Of a DNA stretch of 64,000 nt, positions 45,091 to 53,502 are shown in pieces. The DNA comes from a virus. Position 1 is the first letter of the stretch; each line of letters begins with the position of its first letter. Under the pieces are notes generated by a model that was not told where the DNA came from, ran no database searches, and saw only the letters and a list, made by a program, of their open reading frames with translations. Made by a program: the position numbers and the translations under genes. The DNA lies in IMG/VR virus record IMGVR_UViG_3300038393_002515; one strand, given 5' to 3'.

Positions 45091-45294
45091 GAGCCTGTCC
45101 TCCCCTCGTCGGTCAGTGCGGCAAGTCTGCACCCCCGTCAGGCTCTTAGACCAGTCACCCGCATGTGCACATTCTCATTCTGAGGACTTGCAGAACGAGA
45201 GATCTTCCGCCACGGTGGGTGACAACCCGCTTGCGCCAGGTACCGCATCGGTGTGAGCAGGCCTCACCTGCCCATCCTGCAACGGGAGTTACAC

Positions 45295-45774
45295 ATGCAC
45301 TCCCAGACTCGCCAGGGTCCGCCAACCCTGGGTCTGCTTGGGAACATCCGCTACACCCGCGCCTATTCGAAGGAACTGGCGAGCGTGCCTCTCGCTCGTG
45401 CGCGGTTCCACGAGGCCGCCGACGACAGCAAGCTCGACCACGAGATCGCCGAGAAGGCCGTGCTGTGCCTGTCCGAGCTGGCCGGTAACGCCGTCAGACA
45501 CGCCCACGACCCGCGCAAGATCCGCCGGTTCCTCGTCGAGTCCACGATCCGCCCGATACGCCGCCGCTTCACCCTGGAGGTCAGCGTTTGGGACATCGAC
45601 CTCTGCCACATCCCCCCTCTGCCGGACCCCGCCACGGCCGCCGCGCGGCTCTTCTCCATGGACGAGGACGCCATGAGCGGGCGAGGGCTGCTGTTCGCCG
45701 CCTCCCTGTCCGACGGCATCGGCATCGACCGTGGCCCCCACGGCAAACGAGTCTGGTGCCGCTGGCACCTCTGA
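45295..45774 (+). CDS. HATPase-type anti-sigma-factor-like protein (AbaA-like)
   Basis: ELAGNAVRHA N-box and SGRGLLFAASLSD G-box. Confidence 0.7.
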   Translation: MHSQTRQGPPTLGLLGNIRYTRAYSKELASVPLARARFHEAADDSKLDHEIAEKAVLCLSELAGNAVRHAHDPRKIRRFLVESTIRPIRRRFTLEVSVWDIDLCHIPPLPDPATAAARLFSMDEDAMSGRGLLFAASLSDGIGIDRGPHGKRVWCRWHL

Positions 45775-45802
45775 CCCCGCGCCCGGCGCGACGCCCCCAC
45801 CC

Positions 45803-45833
45803 TTGACGCACGCATCTATAGATGCGTTAGGGT
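45803..45833 (+). promoter_or_regulatory. promoter-operator block, copy 2
   Basis: TTGACG-N19-TAGGGT. The spacer holds a perfect 18-bp palindrome ACGCATCTATAGATGCGT (45810-45827). Confidence 0.65.
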
Positions 45834-45954
45834 GGGGGCGTTGTCGTCGGAGCTGTTTCCAACTCGCGCCATCCACCGCCATGGAGCCGCGCGTAGCGTG
45901 AACACCCGACCGAGCAAGGGCCCGCCAGCCCTTCACCGTCAGGAGTCCCCCGCC

Positions 45955-46491
45955 ATGGACACCATCTCCCTGGAGCAGTTCGTCACCGGCCTCGATTCCG
46001 GCATCGCGGAACGGGTCACTGCCGAGGAGCTCACGCCCGGCTGTGTCATCGCCACCGGCTCGTGGAGGCGGCACGTCGTCGTCGAGCAGCCCCGGCGCCT
46101 GAACAGCCACACCGCGACGCTCGTCCTGCCCGTGCGCCACCTCGGCGGCGGACACACCTGCCTGCCGTACCTGCCCGGCGGCGCCAGCGTGATGCGCATC
46201 TACCGCACCCGCCTGCCGGAGTCCCTGCTGGCCGACGTGCCCTACGTCCCGCCGTGCGTGATCCCCGACGAACCCGCCGTCGGCGACCGTGTCGTGATGA
46301 ACTGGCGCACCGAGGGCCGCCCCTACGTCCACGAGTGGGACGGCGAACACTGGTGCTCGCCCGCCGTCGCCGAGGACGGGCACCCCCAGGTCGCGCGGTA
46401 CTCCACCCACGCGGTGCGCGCCTTCGTGCGGCTGGCGGACACGCCCATCCAGTACGGATGGTACGTCTACGAGCCCGCACAAACGGCCTGA
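45955..46491 (+). CDS. hypothetical protein (ORFan)
   Basis: AGGAG SD; about 115-nt leader after block 2. Confidence 0.55.
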   Translation: MDTISLEQFVTGLDSGIAERVTAEELTPGCVIATGSWRRHVVVEQPRRLNSHTATLVLPVRHLGGGHTCLPYLPGGASVMRIYRTRLPESLLADVPYVPPCVIPDEPAVGDRVVMNWRTEGRPYVHEWDGEHWCSPAVAEDGHPQVARYSTHAVRAFVRLADTPIQYGWYVYEPAQTA

Positions 46492-46522
46492 CCTGCACGT
46501 TCGGCGGACCTTGCCCAACGGA

Positions 46523-46553
46523 TTGACACACGCATCTATGGATGCGTTAGGGT
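46523..46553 (+). promoter_or_regulatory. promoter-operator block, copy 3
   Basis: TTGACA-N19-TAGGGT; ACGCATCTATGGATGCGT at 46530-46547. Confidence 0.65.
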
Positions 46554-46602
46554 GGGATCCGTTGAGAGCAAGGCCCGCCCTTCCCGCCACCAGGAGAACA
46601 CC

Positions 46603-46818
46603 ATGAGCATCGCCGAGGGCGCCACGCCCGACCCGGCCACCATCCTCGCCGAGGTCATCAGCGCGTCGATGGAGTTCGAGACCGACCTGAACAGCGAGCG
46701 CTGCCGCACGGCGCACCACATCGCCATCGGCTTCGCCGACGCCTTGATGGTCCACCGCCCCGACTTCGACCGCGCCGCCTTCAGGGAGGCCTGCAAGCCC
46801 TCTTGGATGAACAAGTGA
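46603..46818 (+). CDS. hypothetical protein
   Basis: AGGAGAA SD after block 3. Confidence 0.55.
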   Translation: MSIAEGATPDPATILAEVISASMEFETDLNSERCRTAHHIAIGFADALMVHRPDFDRAAFREACKPSWMNK

Positions 46819-47381
46819 TCGCCCGCAAGCTGCCGCCGCCGATCAAGCCGCGCACGCTGGTCCGGCGCAAGAACCCGATCCACGGCTACGACTACTCCAC
46901 CAACGACGGCCGGTACGAGATCTACCCGATCTACAAGGACCGCCGGTACAGCGGCCGGTCCAACGTCGTCGACTCCTGGGGGATCAGGGACCTGCACAGC
47001 GGCGAGAAGCGCGCCACGTACTACCCCCGGCTGGAGGACATCCGGCTGTACTACTGCACGCCGGTCAACGAGATGCCGTGGATCGTGCACGACGTGGACG
47101 ACGGCGTGCTGCGGGTGGAGCCGACCCGGAAGGCCGCCATCGCCTGGGCCTCCTCGCTCGCCGAGGCCACCAAGGTCCTGGAGCGCCACCGGTACGCCAG
47201 CGGCGGCTATGAGTACGTCTTCGGCGACTCCGACGGCGACGTCTGCGGCAACTACAACATCGTCCGCGCCGACCTCGCCTACATCGCCCACATCGACGCC
47301 ACGCAGCAGCCGCTGTACCCCTTCCCCGACGACCCGTTCGAGCAGGTCGACCGGCCCGCCCCGAAGACGGCCACCGCGTGA
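46815..47381 (+). CDS. hypothetical protein
   Basis: GTGA overlap. Confidence 0.5.
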   Translation: MIARKLPPPIKPRTLVRRKNPIHGYDYSTNDGRYEIYPIYKDRRYSGRSNVVDSWGIRDLHSGEKRATYYPRLEDIRLYYCTPVNEMPWIVHDVDDGVLRVEPTRKAAIAWASSLAEATKVLERHRYASGGYEYVFGDSDGDVCGNYNIVRADLAYIAHIDATQQPLYPFPDDPFEQVDRPAPKTATA

Positions 47382-47629
47382 CCGGCGAGACCTGCGGCGC
47401 GGAGCACCCCGAGCAGCCCGGCACCACGTGCGACCGCAAGCCACACCACAACGTCGGCTTCCACCGCGACAGCCGCACCGGCACCGTCTGGGAGGCCGAC
47501 CCGCTGCCCGTCGTCGAGGGCAGCGGCCGGGCCGCCCTCGCCGCCATCGCCGCCCGCACCACCCGACACCACCACACCGGCCCCGCCACCGGGGCCGTCA
47601 ACACCTGGAAGGACCGCCATGGGGACTGA
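47378..47629 (+). CDS. hypothetical protein
   Basis: GTGA overlap. Confidence 0.5.
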   Translation: MTGETCGAEHPEQPGTTCDRKPHHNVGFHRDSRTGTVWEADPLPVVEGSGRAALAAIAARTTRHHHTGPATGAVNTWKDRHGD

Positions 47630-48116
47630 CCCCGCCCGCCTGAAGATCACCGTCACCCGCGACGACGTACTGAAGGGCCTGGAGAAGCACGCCAGCAACC
47701 TCAGCACCATCGCCGACATCGCGCGCGCCGTCGTCGCCGGTGTCCACGGGGTCGAAGGCGTCTGGGACGGCAAGACCGCCCTGTCTTACGTCCATCAGGC
47801 CGACCTCAAGCGGCTGCTGGCCGACATGGTCGCCGACGGCTCCCTGATCCTGCGTCCGGGCCCCGAGTGGGTCGAGCGTGGCGCGCCCACGTGGAACATC
47901 CGCAAGGGCGGCCACTACTACGCCTTGCCGCAGGAGGCCCGCCAGTGGCAGGAGGCGGCCGACCAGAGGCGCGCCCAGGCCCGCCAGGAGACGGCCGAGC
48001 GGCTCGCCCGGAACAAGCTGGTCGAGCTGCACCCGCGCCAGTACGCGGACCTGGTGAACGAGTACCTCGCCGCGTACGACCGCGTCGGCGCCCAGGAGAC
48101 GGAGCCCCTCGCGTGA
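47619..48116 (+). CDS. hypothetical protein
   Basis: 11-nt overlap with the upstream gene; GC3-rich. Confidence 0.5.
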   Translation: MGTDPARLKITVTRDDVLKGLEKHASNLSTIADIARAVVAGVHGVEGVWDGKTALSYVHQADLKRLLADMVADGSLILRPGPEWVERGAPTWNIRKGGHYYALPQEARQWQEAADQRRAQARQETAERLARNKLVELHPRQYADLVNEYLAAYDRVGAQETEPLA

Positions 48117-48658
48117 GCAGCCTGCAGACGCCGGAGCCGCTTCAGCGGCTGACCCGCAACGCCTACCACCTCAACGTGCACTCCCTGGTCGACTGGGCCG
48201 AGCGCCATTACGTCGACTTCGACCCGCCGTACCAGCGTCAGGCCGTGTGGGGCGTGCGACGTCGTCAGCGACTGATCATGTCCCTCCTTCAGCAGCTCGC
48301 CGTCGGCGGCATCACGGTCAACAAGCGCGACGACCGGCTGACCTGGCCGAACGAGGCCGCGTTTGCCGTCATCGACGGCAAGCAGCGTTGGCAGACGCTG
48401 CTGATGTTCATGCGCGACGAGCTGGCCGTGCCGCGCTCCTGGTGGGACTCCAGCGAGCTGACCGACGCCTACGAGGAGACCCCCGACGGCCCGCACGTGC
48501 GGTACTCCCAGCTCACCCAGCGCGGACAATTCCGGTTCGATGCCCTCGCCATCCCGTTCGATGAGATGTACCTGAAGAGCGTGGACGCCGAACACAAGGT
48601 GTTCCGCCTGCTCAACACGGGCGGCCTGGCCCAGGGCGAGGAGGACGACGACAGGTGA
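48113..48658 (+). CDS. DUF262 (ParB-like/GmrSD N-terminal type) domain protein
   Basis: DFDPPYQRQAVW and VIDGKQRWQTL motifs. No HNH/DUF1524 half is present. Confidence 0.6.
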   Translation: MSSLQTPEPLQRLTRNAYHLNVHSLVDWAERHYVDFDPPYQRQAVWGVRRRQRLIMSLLQQLAVGGITVNKRDDRLTWPNEAAFAVIDGKQRWQTLLMFMRDELAVPRSWWDSSELTDAYEETPDGPHVRYSQLTQRGQFRFDALAIPFDEMYLKSVDAEHKVFRLLNTGGLAQGEEDDDR

Positions 48659-48736
48659 CGGCCGGGCATGTCAGTGCCCTCCCCTACGGTGGCGCCGAGC
48701 GTGATGCCCGGCGCCACATGCGTTTTCGGCACCGGG

Positions 48737-48767
48737 TTGACACATGCATCTATGGATGCGTTAGGGT
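48737..48767 (+). promoter_or_regulatory. promoter-operator block, copy 4
   Basis: TTGACA-N19-TAGGGT; ATGCATCTATGGATGCGT at 48744-48761. Confidence 0.65.
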
Positions 48768-48798
48768 GGAGTCAAGCCCGCCAAGGAAGGTGCACACC

Positions 48799-50502
48799 AT
48801 GACCCAGTCGCCCACCCTCGCCGAGACCCTTGCGATCCGGCCCGAGCAGCTCACCGGCCTCACGCCGGTCGAGGTCGACCGCTACAACGCCGTGCTGTGG
48901 ACCGAGTACGCCCGCCTCGCCGCCGCGATCGACAAGGCCGCCGACGGCATCCACAGCGCGCTGCTGCAGCGGAAGAAGAGCGAGCGGCACGGGCGCGGCT
49001 ACACCCAGGTGTGGCCGACGACGTTCGCCGAGGCCCTGCGCACGGCGCAGGAGCACCTGACCACCGGCTGGGAGCCGGACCAGGCCACCCGGGTGCAGCA
49101 CGGCCTGTACCGCGAGGGCGCCTACGCCGCGAGCCTGCGCAAGGCGCTGGACTTCTACAACGCCTTGGGCGCCGCGCGGCAGCGGCTCAGCGACGGCCCC
49201 GGCGCCGTCCTCGACGGTGAGTTCACCCGGCGGGGCGGCTGGTCGCGCATGTACCTGTGCACCTCCGACGGCGGCCACATCCACAGCGGCCGCCAGTGCC
49301 CGAGCATCGGCCCGCGCACCGAGCTGGCGTGGCTGCCGGACGTCTCCGGCATGGACTGGCGCGAGGCGTACAAGGCCCTGCCGCAGAACCTCTCCGCCGG
49401 GAGCCCGGCGATCATGTGCACCAAGTGCTACCCGGACGCCCCGGTCGACTGGACCGTCAAGCAGGCCGACCCGACCGTCTGTCCCGGCTCCGGCAAGTCC
49501 GCGTGGGAGCACATGACGGAGCACCAGCGCGGCCTGTACATGAAGTACGGCAAGTGCCCGTACTGCCCCGACGACGCCGACCTCGTGAGCGTGACCAGCG
49601 GGTGGAAGTTCCGCAAGCACAAGACGGCCGCCCAGGCGGCGCCGGTCGCCGAGGAGCAGCCCGCCCCGCCCGCCCCGAAGGCGGCCGCCCCCAAGCTGAC
49701 GCCGACCCAGCAGAGCGCCCTCGACCTCATGCGCTCCCGCCACACCGGCATGATCCACAGCGGCGAGGGCTTCGCCATCACCACGGTGGACGCCCTCGCC
49801 CGGCACGGCCTGTGCACGGTGGAGAAGTCCAGGCGCGCCGACGGCGTCCTCCGCACCACCGCGTACACCTACTTCGAGGCCACCCTGACCGACAAGGGCT
49901 GGGAGGGCCACGAGCGCCCCGCCGAGCCCGGCCCCGCCTACGGCGAGCCCACCCCGAACGACGAGCTCGGCAAGGGCGACCGGGTGATCAACATCCACAC
50001 CGGCTCCGAGGGAGTGTGGCAGGGCCCCAGCCAGCTGGGCGGCTGGAGCGTCCGGGAGGACATCGGCGCGACGTTCAACATCCATGCGGGCGGCGGCGAT
50101 CACTGGCGCCTCTTGGAGCGGGCCCCTGAGGCGCCTGCCGAGCCCGTCGTTGAGCCGCAGGAGGCCGCCAGCGCCCCGGCCGAGGACGACGTGCCCCTCG
50201 ACCAGGACAAGCCCGTGACGCACGCCTACGGGCCCGCCGGGGTCCGCTACGAGCCCGGCATGCGGGTGACCCGGCGCGGCCGTGACGGCATGTGGGAGCA
50301 CGGGGAGGTGACCGAGGTCTTTGAGGCCGCCCACACCCGGGAGCCGCGCCTGCGCTTCACGGTGGACGCCTACCAGGCCGCCCCGCCCCGGCGTAAGCAG
50401 AAGTGGATGGACAACAAGCCCGGCAAGCGCCGGTCGACCGAGCCCCGCTCGGCAATCGCCCTCGTCGCCGACAAGGACTTGAGCCCCGAAATCATCGCCT
50501 GA
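48799..50502 (+). CDS. hypothetical protein (567 aa ORFan)
   Basis: AAGGAAGG SD after block 4. Confidence 0.6.
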   Translation: MTQSPTLAETLAIRPEQLTGLTPVEVDRYNAVLWTEYARLAAAIDKAADGIHSALLQRKKSERHGRGYTQVWPTTFAEALRTAQEHLTTGWEPDQATRVQHGLYREGAYAASLRKALDFYNALGAARQRLSDGPGAVLDGEFTRRGGWSRMYLCTSDGGHIHSGRQCPSIGPRTELAWLPDVSGMDWREAYKALPQNLSAGSPAIMCTKCYPDAPVDWTVKQADPTVCPGSGKSAWEHMTEHQRGLYMKYGKCPYCPDDADLVSVTSGWKFRKHKTAAQAAPVAEEQPAPPAPKAAAPKLTPTQQSALDLMRSRHTGMIHSGEGFAITTVDALARHGLCTVEKSRRADGVLRTTAYTYFEATLTDKGWEGHERPAEPGPAYGEPTPNDELGKGDRVINIHTGSEGVWQGPSQLGGWSVREDIGATFNIHAGGGDHWRLLERAPEAPAEPVVEPQEAASAPAEDDVPLDQDKPVTHAYGPAGVRYEPGMRVTRRGRDGMWEHGEVTEVFEAAHTREPRLRFTVDAYQAAPPRRKQKWMDNKPGKRRSTEPRSAIALVADKDLSPEIIA

Positions 50503-50512
50503 CCCGCATGGA

Positions 50513-50547
50513 CGGCCCGCCCCCAGACCGGGGCGGGCCGTGTTGTT
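50513..50547 (+). terminator. intrinsic terminator
   Basis: CGGCCCGCCCC/GGGGCGGGCCG stem followed by TGTTGTT. Confidence 0.65.
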
Positions 50548-50556
50548 CCTGAAGGA

Positions 50557-50587
50557 TTGACACACGCATCTATGGATGCGTTAGGGT
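50557..50587 (+). promoter_or_regulatory. promoter-operator block, copy 5
   Basis: TTGACA-N19-TAGGGT; palindrome at 50564-50581. Confidence 0.65.
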
Positions 50588-50627
50588 GAAGCTATCGATC
50601 CCGCCAAGGAAGACGAAGGAGGGCCGC

Positions 50628-51920
50628 ATGGCCACCCCCGAGAACGAGAAGAAGATCCGCCTTCAGACGGTGGGTTGGGTGCCCGCCGACGAGGTCGGAA
50701 ACCTGGAGGTCGGCGACCGGATCATGTGGAACGGCGGCAACACCTCCGAGGTCACCGACATCGAGCAGGTGTCGCGCTGCTTCCGGATGATCTCCCTCAA
50801 GTCCTCGGAGACCGGCAAGCCGCAGACGCCGCGCAGGCTCAAGACCACCGCCCTGGTCGCCCGCATCCCGCAGGCCAAGGAGGAAACCCCGACCACCGCC
50901 GAGATCCCGCCCGTCCGCCTGGCCATCGGTACCCGTGTGCGGCACTCCGGCCAGGAGTGGGCCACCAGCGTGCAGGCGCCCGAGGGCACCGCCATCGTGC
51001 TCGGTGTCGGCCGCACCCACGCCGATGGGTCGGTTGAGTACAAGGTACTGGCCGGACAGGACTTCTCCCGGCACATCGGCGGAGACAACCCCATGAACAC
51101 GCCGAAGGAGTGGAACAGCCTCCGCGTGCGGGAGGTCGCGCCGCCGCCCTTCGAGATGCCGGAGCCGCCCAACGGGTATCGGTTCGAGATCGAGCCGGGC
51201 CCGGGGCGGGTCACGGTGAAGATGTACGCCGACGGCATGGCCGCTCCCGTTCACCAGGACTGGACCGGGCACCCCATCGACAGCCCCGTCATCCCCGGCA
51301 TGGCCCGGGAAATGATCAGAGTGGAGACGGCCCACCGGGAGGAGACGGCCGCGCTGCTCGCCCTCGACGACGCCACCCTCTACGAGGTGTGCGAGTACCG
51401 GGGGAGCATGCCGACCGGGGACGCCGTCACGATGACCGGGAGCGCCGCGCGCGCCCGTCTCCAGGCCGCCCGCGAGGAGGCCGGGCCCGAGCGGCTCCAC
51501 GGCCGCAACTCGCCCCGTTTCACCCTGGAGCACTCTGGTGCCCACTGGTGGGCCACCACGCACGCCTACACCGCCGCCGGGCACCGGGACCAGGGGAACC
51601 GGCGCCACATCGCGGTGCAGCCCCTGGTTACGGCCCGCGCCGCCCAGGTGCTCATGGAGTACACGGGAGACGGCTGCATCACCCCGGTGGAGCAGCCCAG
51701 CGTGAGGGCGTTCGGCCCGTGGGTGCGGCCGGTGCCCAACTTCCCTGAGGACGTGGTGGTGCACTGGGTGACGTGCGGCACGCCGGTGCAGCCGGGGGCT
51801 GAGCGGTACGCGGACCACATGGAGACCTACCGGGCCGCCCTGGAGGGCGCCGGGTGGGAGTTCAAGGCCGCCACCGCCGACGGCGGCATGGTGTTCCAGG
51901 AGCCCGAGCGCACGGCCTGA
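50628..51920 (+). CDS. hypothetical protein (ORFan)
   Basis: AAGGAGG SD after block 5. Confidence 0.6.
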   Translation: MATPENEKKIRLQTVGWVPADEVGNLEVGDRIMWNGGNTSEVTDIEQVSRCFRMISLKSSETGKPQTPRRLKTTALVARIPQAKEETPTTAEIPPVRLAIGTRVRHSGQEWATSVQAPEGTAIVLGVGRTHADGSVEYKVLAGQDFSRHIGGDNPMNTPKEWNSLRVREVAPPPFEMPEPPNGYRFEIEPGPGRVTVKMYADGMAAPVHQDWTGHPIDSPVIPGMAREMIRVETAHREETAALLALDDATLYEVCEYRGSMPTGDAVTMTGSAARARLQAAREEAGPERLHGRNSPRFTLEHSGAHWWATTHAYTAAGHRDQGNRRHIAVQPLVTARAAQVLMEYTGDGCITPVEQPSVRAFGPWVRPVPNFPEDVVVHWVTCGTPVQPGAERYADHMETYRAALEGAGWEFKAATADGGMVFQEPERTA

Positions 51921-51951
51921 CCTGCATAAACAGCGGCATGGCCCCACTCGC

Positions 51952-51980
51952 TAGACACGCATCTATGGATGCGTTAGGGT
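51952..51980 (+). promoter_or_regulatory. promoter-operator block, copy 6 (variant -35)
   Basis: TAGACA-N17-TAGGGT; palindrome at 51957-51974. The block is bracketed by a 13-bp inverted repeat. Confidence 0.6.
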
Positions 51981-52039
51981 GGGGCCATGCCTGCCGGGGA
52001 AACCCGGCAGGAACCGACACTCCCGCCTAGGAGGAACCC

Positions 52040-52645
52040 GTGAGCGAGCAGCTGTTCAACGCCGGTGACCGCGTCCACATCGCCGAGAGCGAGCGCAACG
52101 GTCACACCTTCGGTGAGGCGTTCGGCCGCGTCGACCGCGACTACGGCGGCGAGTGGGTGAAGGTCTGCGTCGACGGCGAGCAGTACCCGTACCCGCACGA
52201 CGTCCCCGCGATCCCCCGCGAGCTGCTCACCCTGGTCGAGGCCGCCGAGGACGACGACGAGGAGGGGGAGACCGCGCCGCAGCCGCGCCGCGTCGAGTCG
52301 AGCAGCCAGGACCTGACCAGCGAGACCGCGTGGGACGGCACGAACTACCCGACGCACATGGTCGAGGTCTGGATCATGAACGACGGTAAGTTCATCGACA
52401 TCGCCCGCAACTTCGCCCGGTTCGACGAGACCGGCAAGCAGCTCGGCGAGTACCTCGGCCGCGTGCTGTTCGACCGGCGCGCGCTGCCCGCCGAGGAGCG
52501 CCGCCGGATCACCCGGGACACCGCCCACACGCTGGACCTGGTCGCCGGTGACCTCACGCAGGACGGCGACGACACCCCCGCCCGCGAGGCGCTGAAGCGG
52601 GTCGACTGGAAGCGCATCGCCTCCAGCCTGACCGACGGACAGTAG
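52040..52645 (+). CDS. hypothetical acidic protein
   Basis: AGGAGGAA SD precedes the GTG start. Confidence 0.55.
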   Translation: MSEQLFNAGDRVHIAESERNGHTFGEAFGRVDRDYGGEWVKVCVDGEQYPYPHDVPAIPRELLTLVEAAEDDDEEGETAPQPRRVESSSQDLTSETAWDGTNYPTHMVEVWIMNDGKFIDIARNFARFDETGKQLGEYLGRVLFDRRALPAEERRRITRDTAHTLDLVAGDLTQDGDDTPAREALKRVDWKRIASSLTDGQ

Positions 52646-52653
52646 GCACGACG

Positions 52654-52717
52654 GCCCCGGCCCCGCCCACCCAGGGCGGGGCGGCGGACCGAGCCGGGTT
52701 CGATGCCCGGCCGGGGC
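52654..52717 (+). ncRNA. tRNA-like intercistronic element 1 (acceptor-like stem + hairpin + T-arm, no D-arm)
   Basis: GCCCCGG pairs with CCGGGGC. The T-arm is CCGGG-TTCGATG-CCCGG, and there is an 8-bp GC hairpin. Confidence 0.4.
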
Positions 52718-52755
52718 GCTCATCACCCACCCGCCACCACCACGAGGGGAACCCC

Positions 52756-53391
52756 ATGGCCGAGCGCCGCACCCGAGTCAGCAAGAGGACCGCCAACAAG
52801 GCCGCCGCCGAGGTGGCCGAACTGCTCGGCACCCTGGAGGGCTGGCAGAAGCGCAACCCCAACGTTGCCGACTACCGCGTGACCGAGGCCCTTGAGCACC
52901 TGCGCCGCGTCTCCGTCCTCGTGGGATACCTGGTCGACGACCGGGACCCCGAGGGGGACGCCGCCCGCGCCAAGCTGCGCGCGACTCGCGACGCCGAGGC
53001 GGCCCGAGGGATGGCCGACGCCGTTTGGAGCGACCTGCGAGACGGGAACGCCCACGTGGCCGACGTGTCCCCCAAGGGCGACGGTAAGACCTACACCCCG
53101 CCCACGGCCCTGCTGTTCCACTACGCCAGCCGTGACGTGCGCCTGACCCGGAGGAACGGCGCCGTGTACGCCACGATCACCGCCGGGCCGGGGACCGGCC
53201 GGGAGTGGTGGTCGAGCGCCGGAGCCGAGGAGGCCGTCAAGGCCATGGTTCGGGACCTCTACGGCGTCCACTGCGCCCACGAGTACGGCACCGGCCGCGA
53301 CTCCTGCCCCGGCTGCGACTACACCGAGGAGCAGTTCGAGGACCGCTACGCCGGGCGTCTGGGCATGATGCCCGCCAACCCGCTCGCCTGA
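52756..53391 (+). CDS. hypothetical protein
   Basis: GAGGGGAA SD precedes the ATG. Confidence 0.55.
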   Translation: MAERRTRVSKRTANKAAAEVAELLGTLEGWQKRNPNVADYRVTEALEHLRRVSVLVGYLVDDRDPEGDAARAKLRATRDAEAARGMADAVWSDLRDGNAHVADVSPKGDGKTYTPPTALLFHYASRDVRLTRRNGAVYATITAGPGTGREWWSSAGAEEAVKAMVRDLYGVHCAHEYGTGRDSCPGCDYTEEQFEDRYAGRLGMMPANPLA

Positions 53392-53398
53392 CACCACC

Positions 53399-53466
53399 GC
53401 CCCGGCCCCGCCCGCCGCCGACCGGGCGGGGCACGGTCCGAGACAGGTTCGATGCCTGTCCGGGGC
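53399..53466 (+). ncRNA. tRNA-like intercistronic element 2
   Basis: Same architecture as element 1. The T-stem ACAGG/CCTGT carries two compensatory pair changes, and the T-loop is identical. Confidence 0.4.
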
Positions 53467-53502
53467 ACTCCTGACCGTCCCGCCAGACACAAGGGGGAGA
53501 GC

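Noticed and set aside
45810-45827. Operator palindrome as a LexA SOS box or other known actinobacterial regulator site
   Set aside because: ACGCATC-N4-GATGCGT does not resemble the actinobacterial LexA box (TCGAAC-N4-GTTCGA) or the other boxes I can recall (IdeR, Zur, RecA-NDp). The binding protein remains unknown.
45828-45836. TTAGGGTGG within each block resembles a telomere repeat unit
   Set aside because: It occurs as a single copy per block and is explained as the -10 hexamer plus discriminator. There is no tandem repetition.
45882-45902. 6-codon mini-ORF in the long leader of gene 45955..46491
   Set aside because: No SD, and its length is trivial.
52654-53466. Calling the two tRNA-like elements bona fide tRNA genes
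   Set aside because: They have no D-arm, and the central hairpin has 5- and 8-nt loops instead of a 7-nt anticodon loop. They are only 64-68 nt long. They are reported as tRNA-like structures instead.
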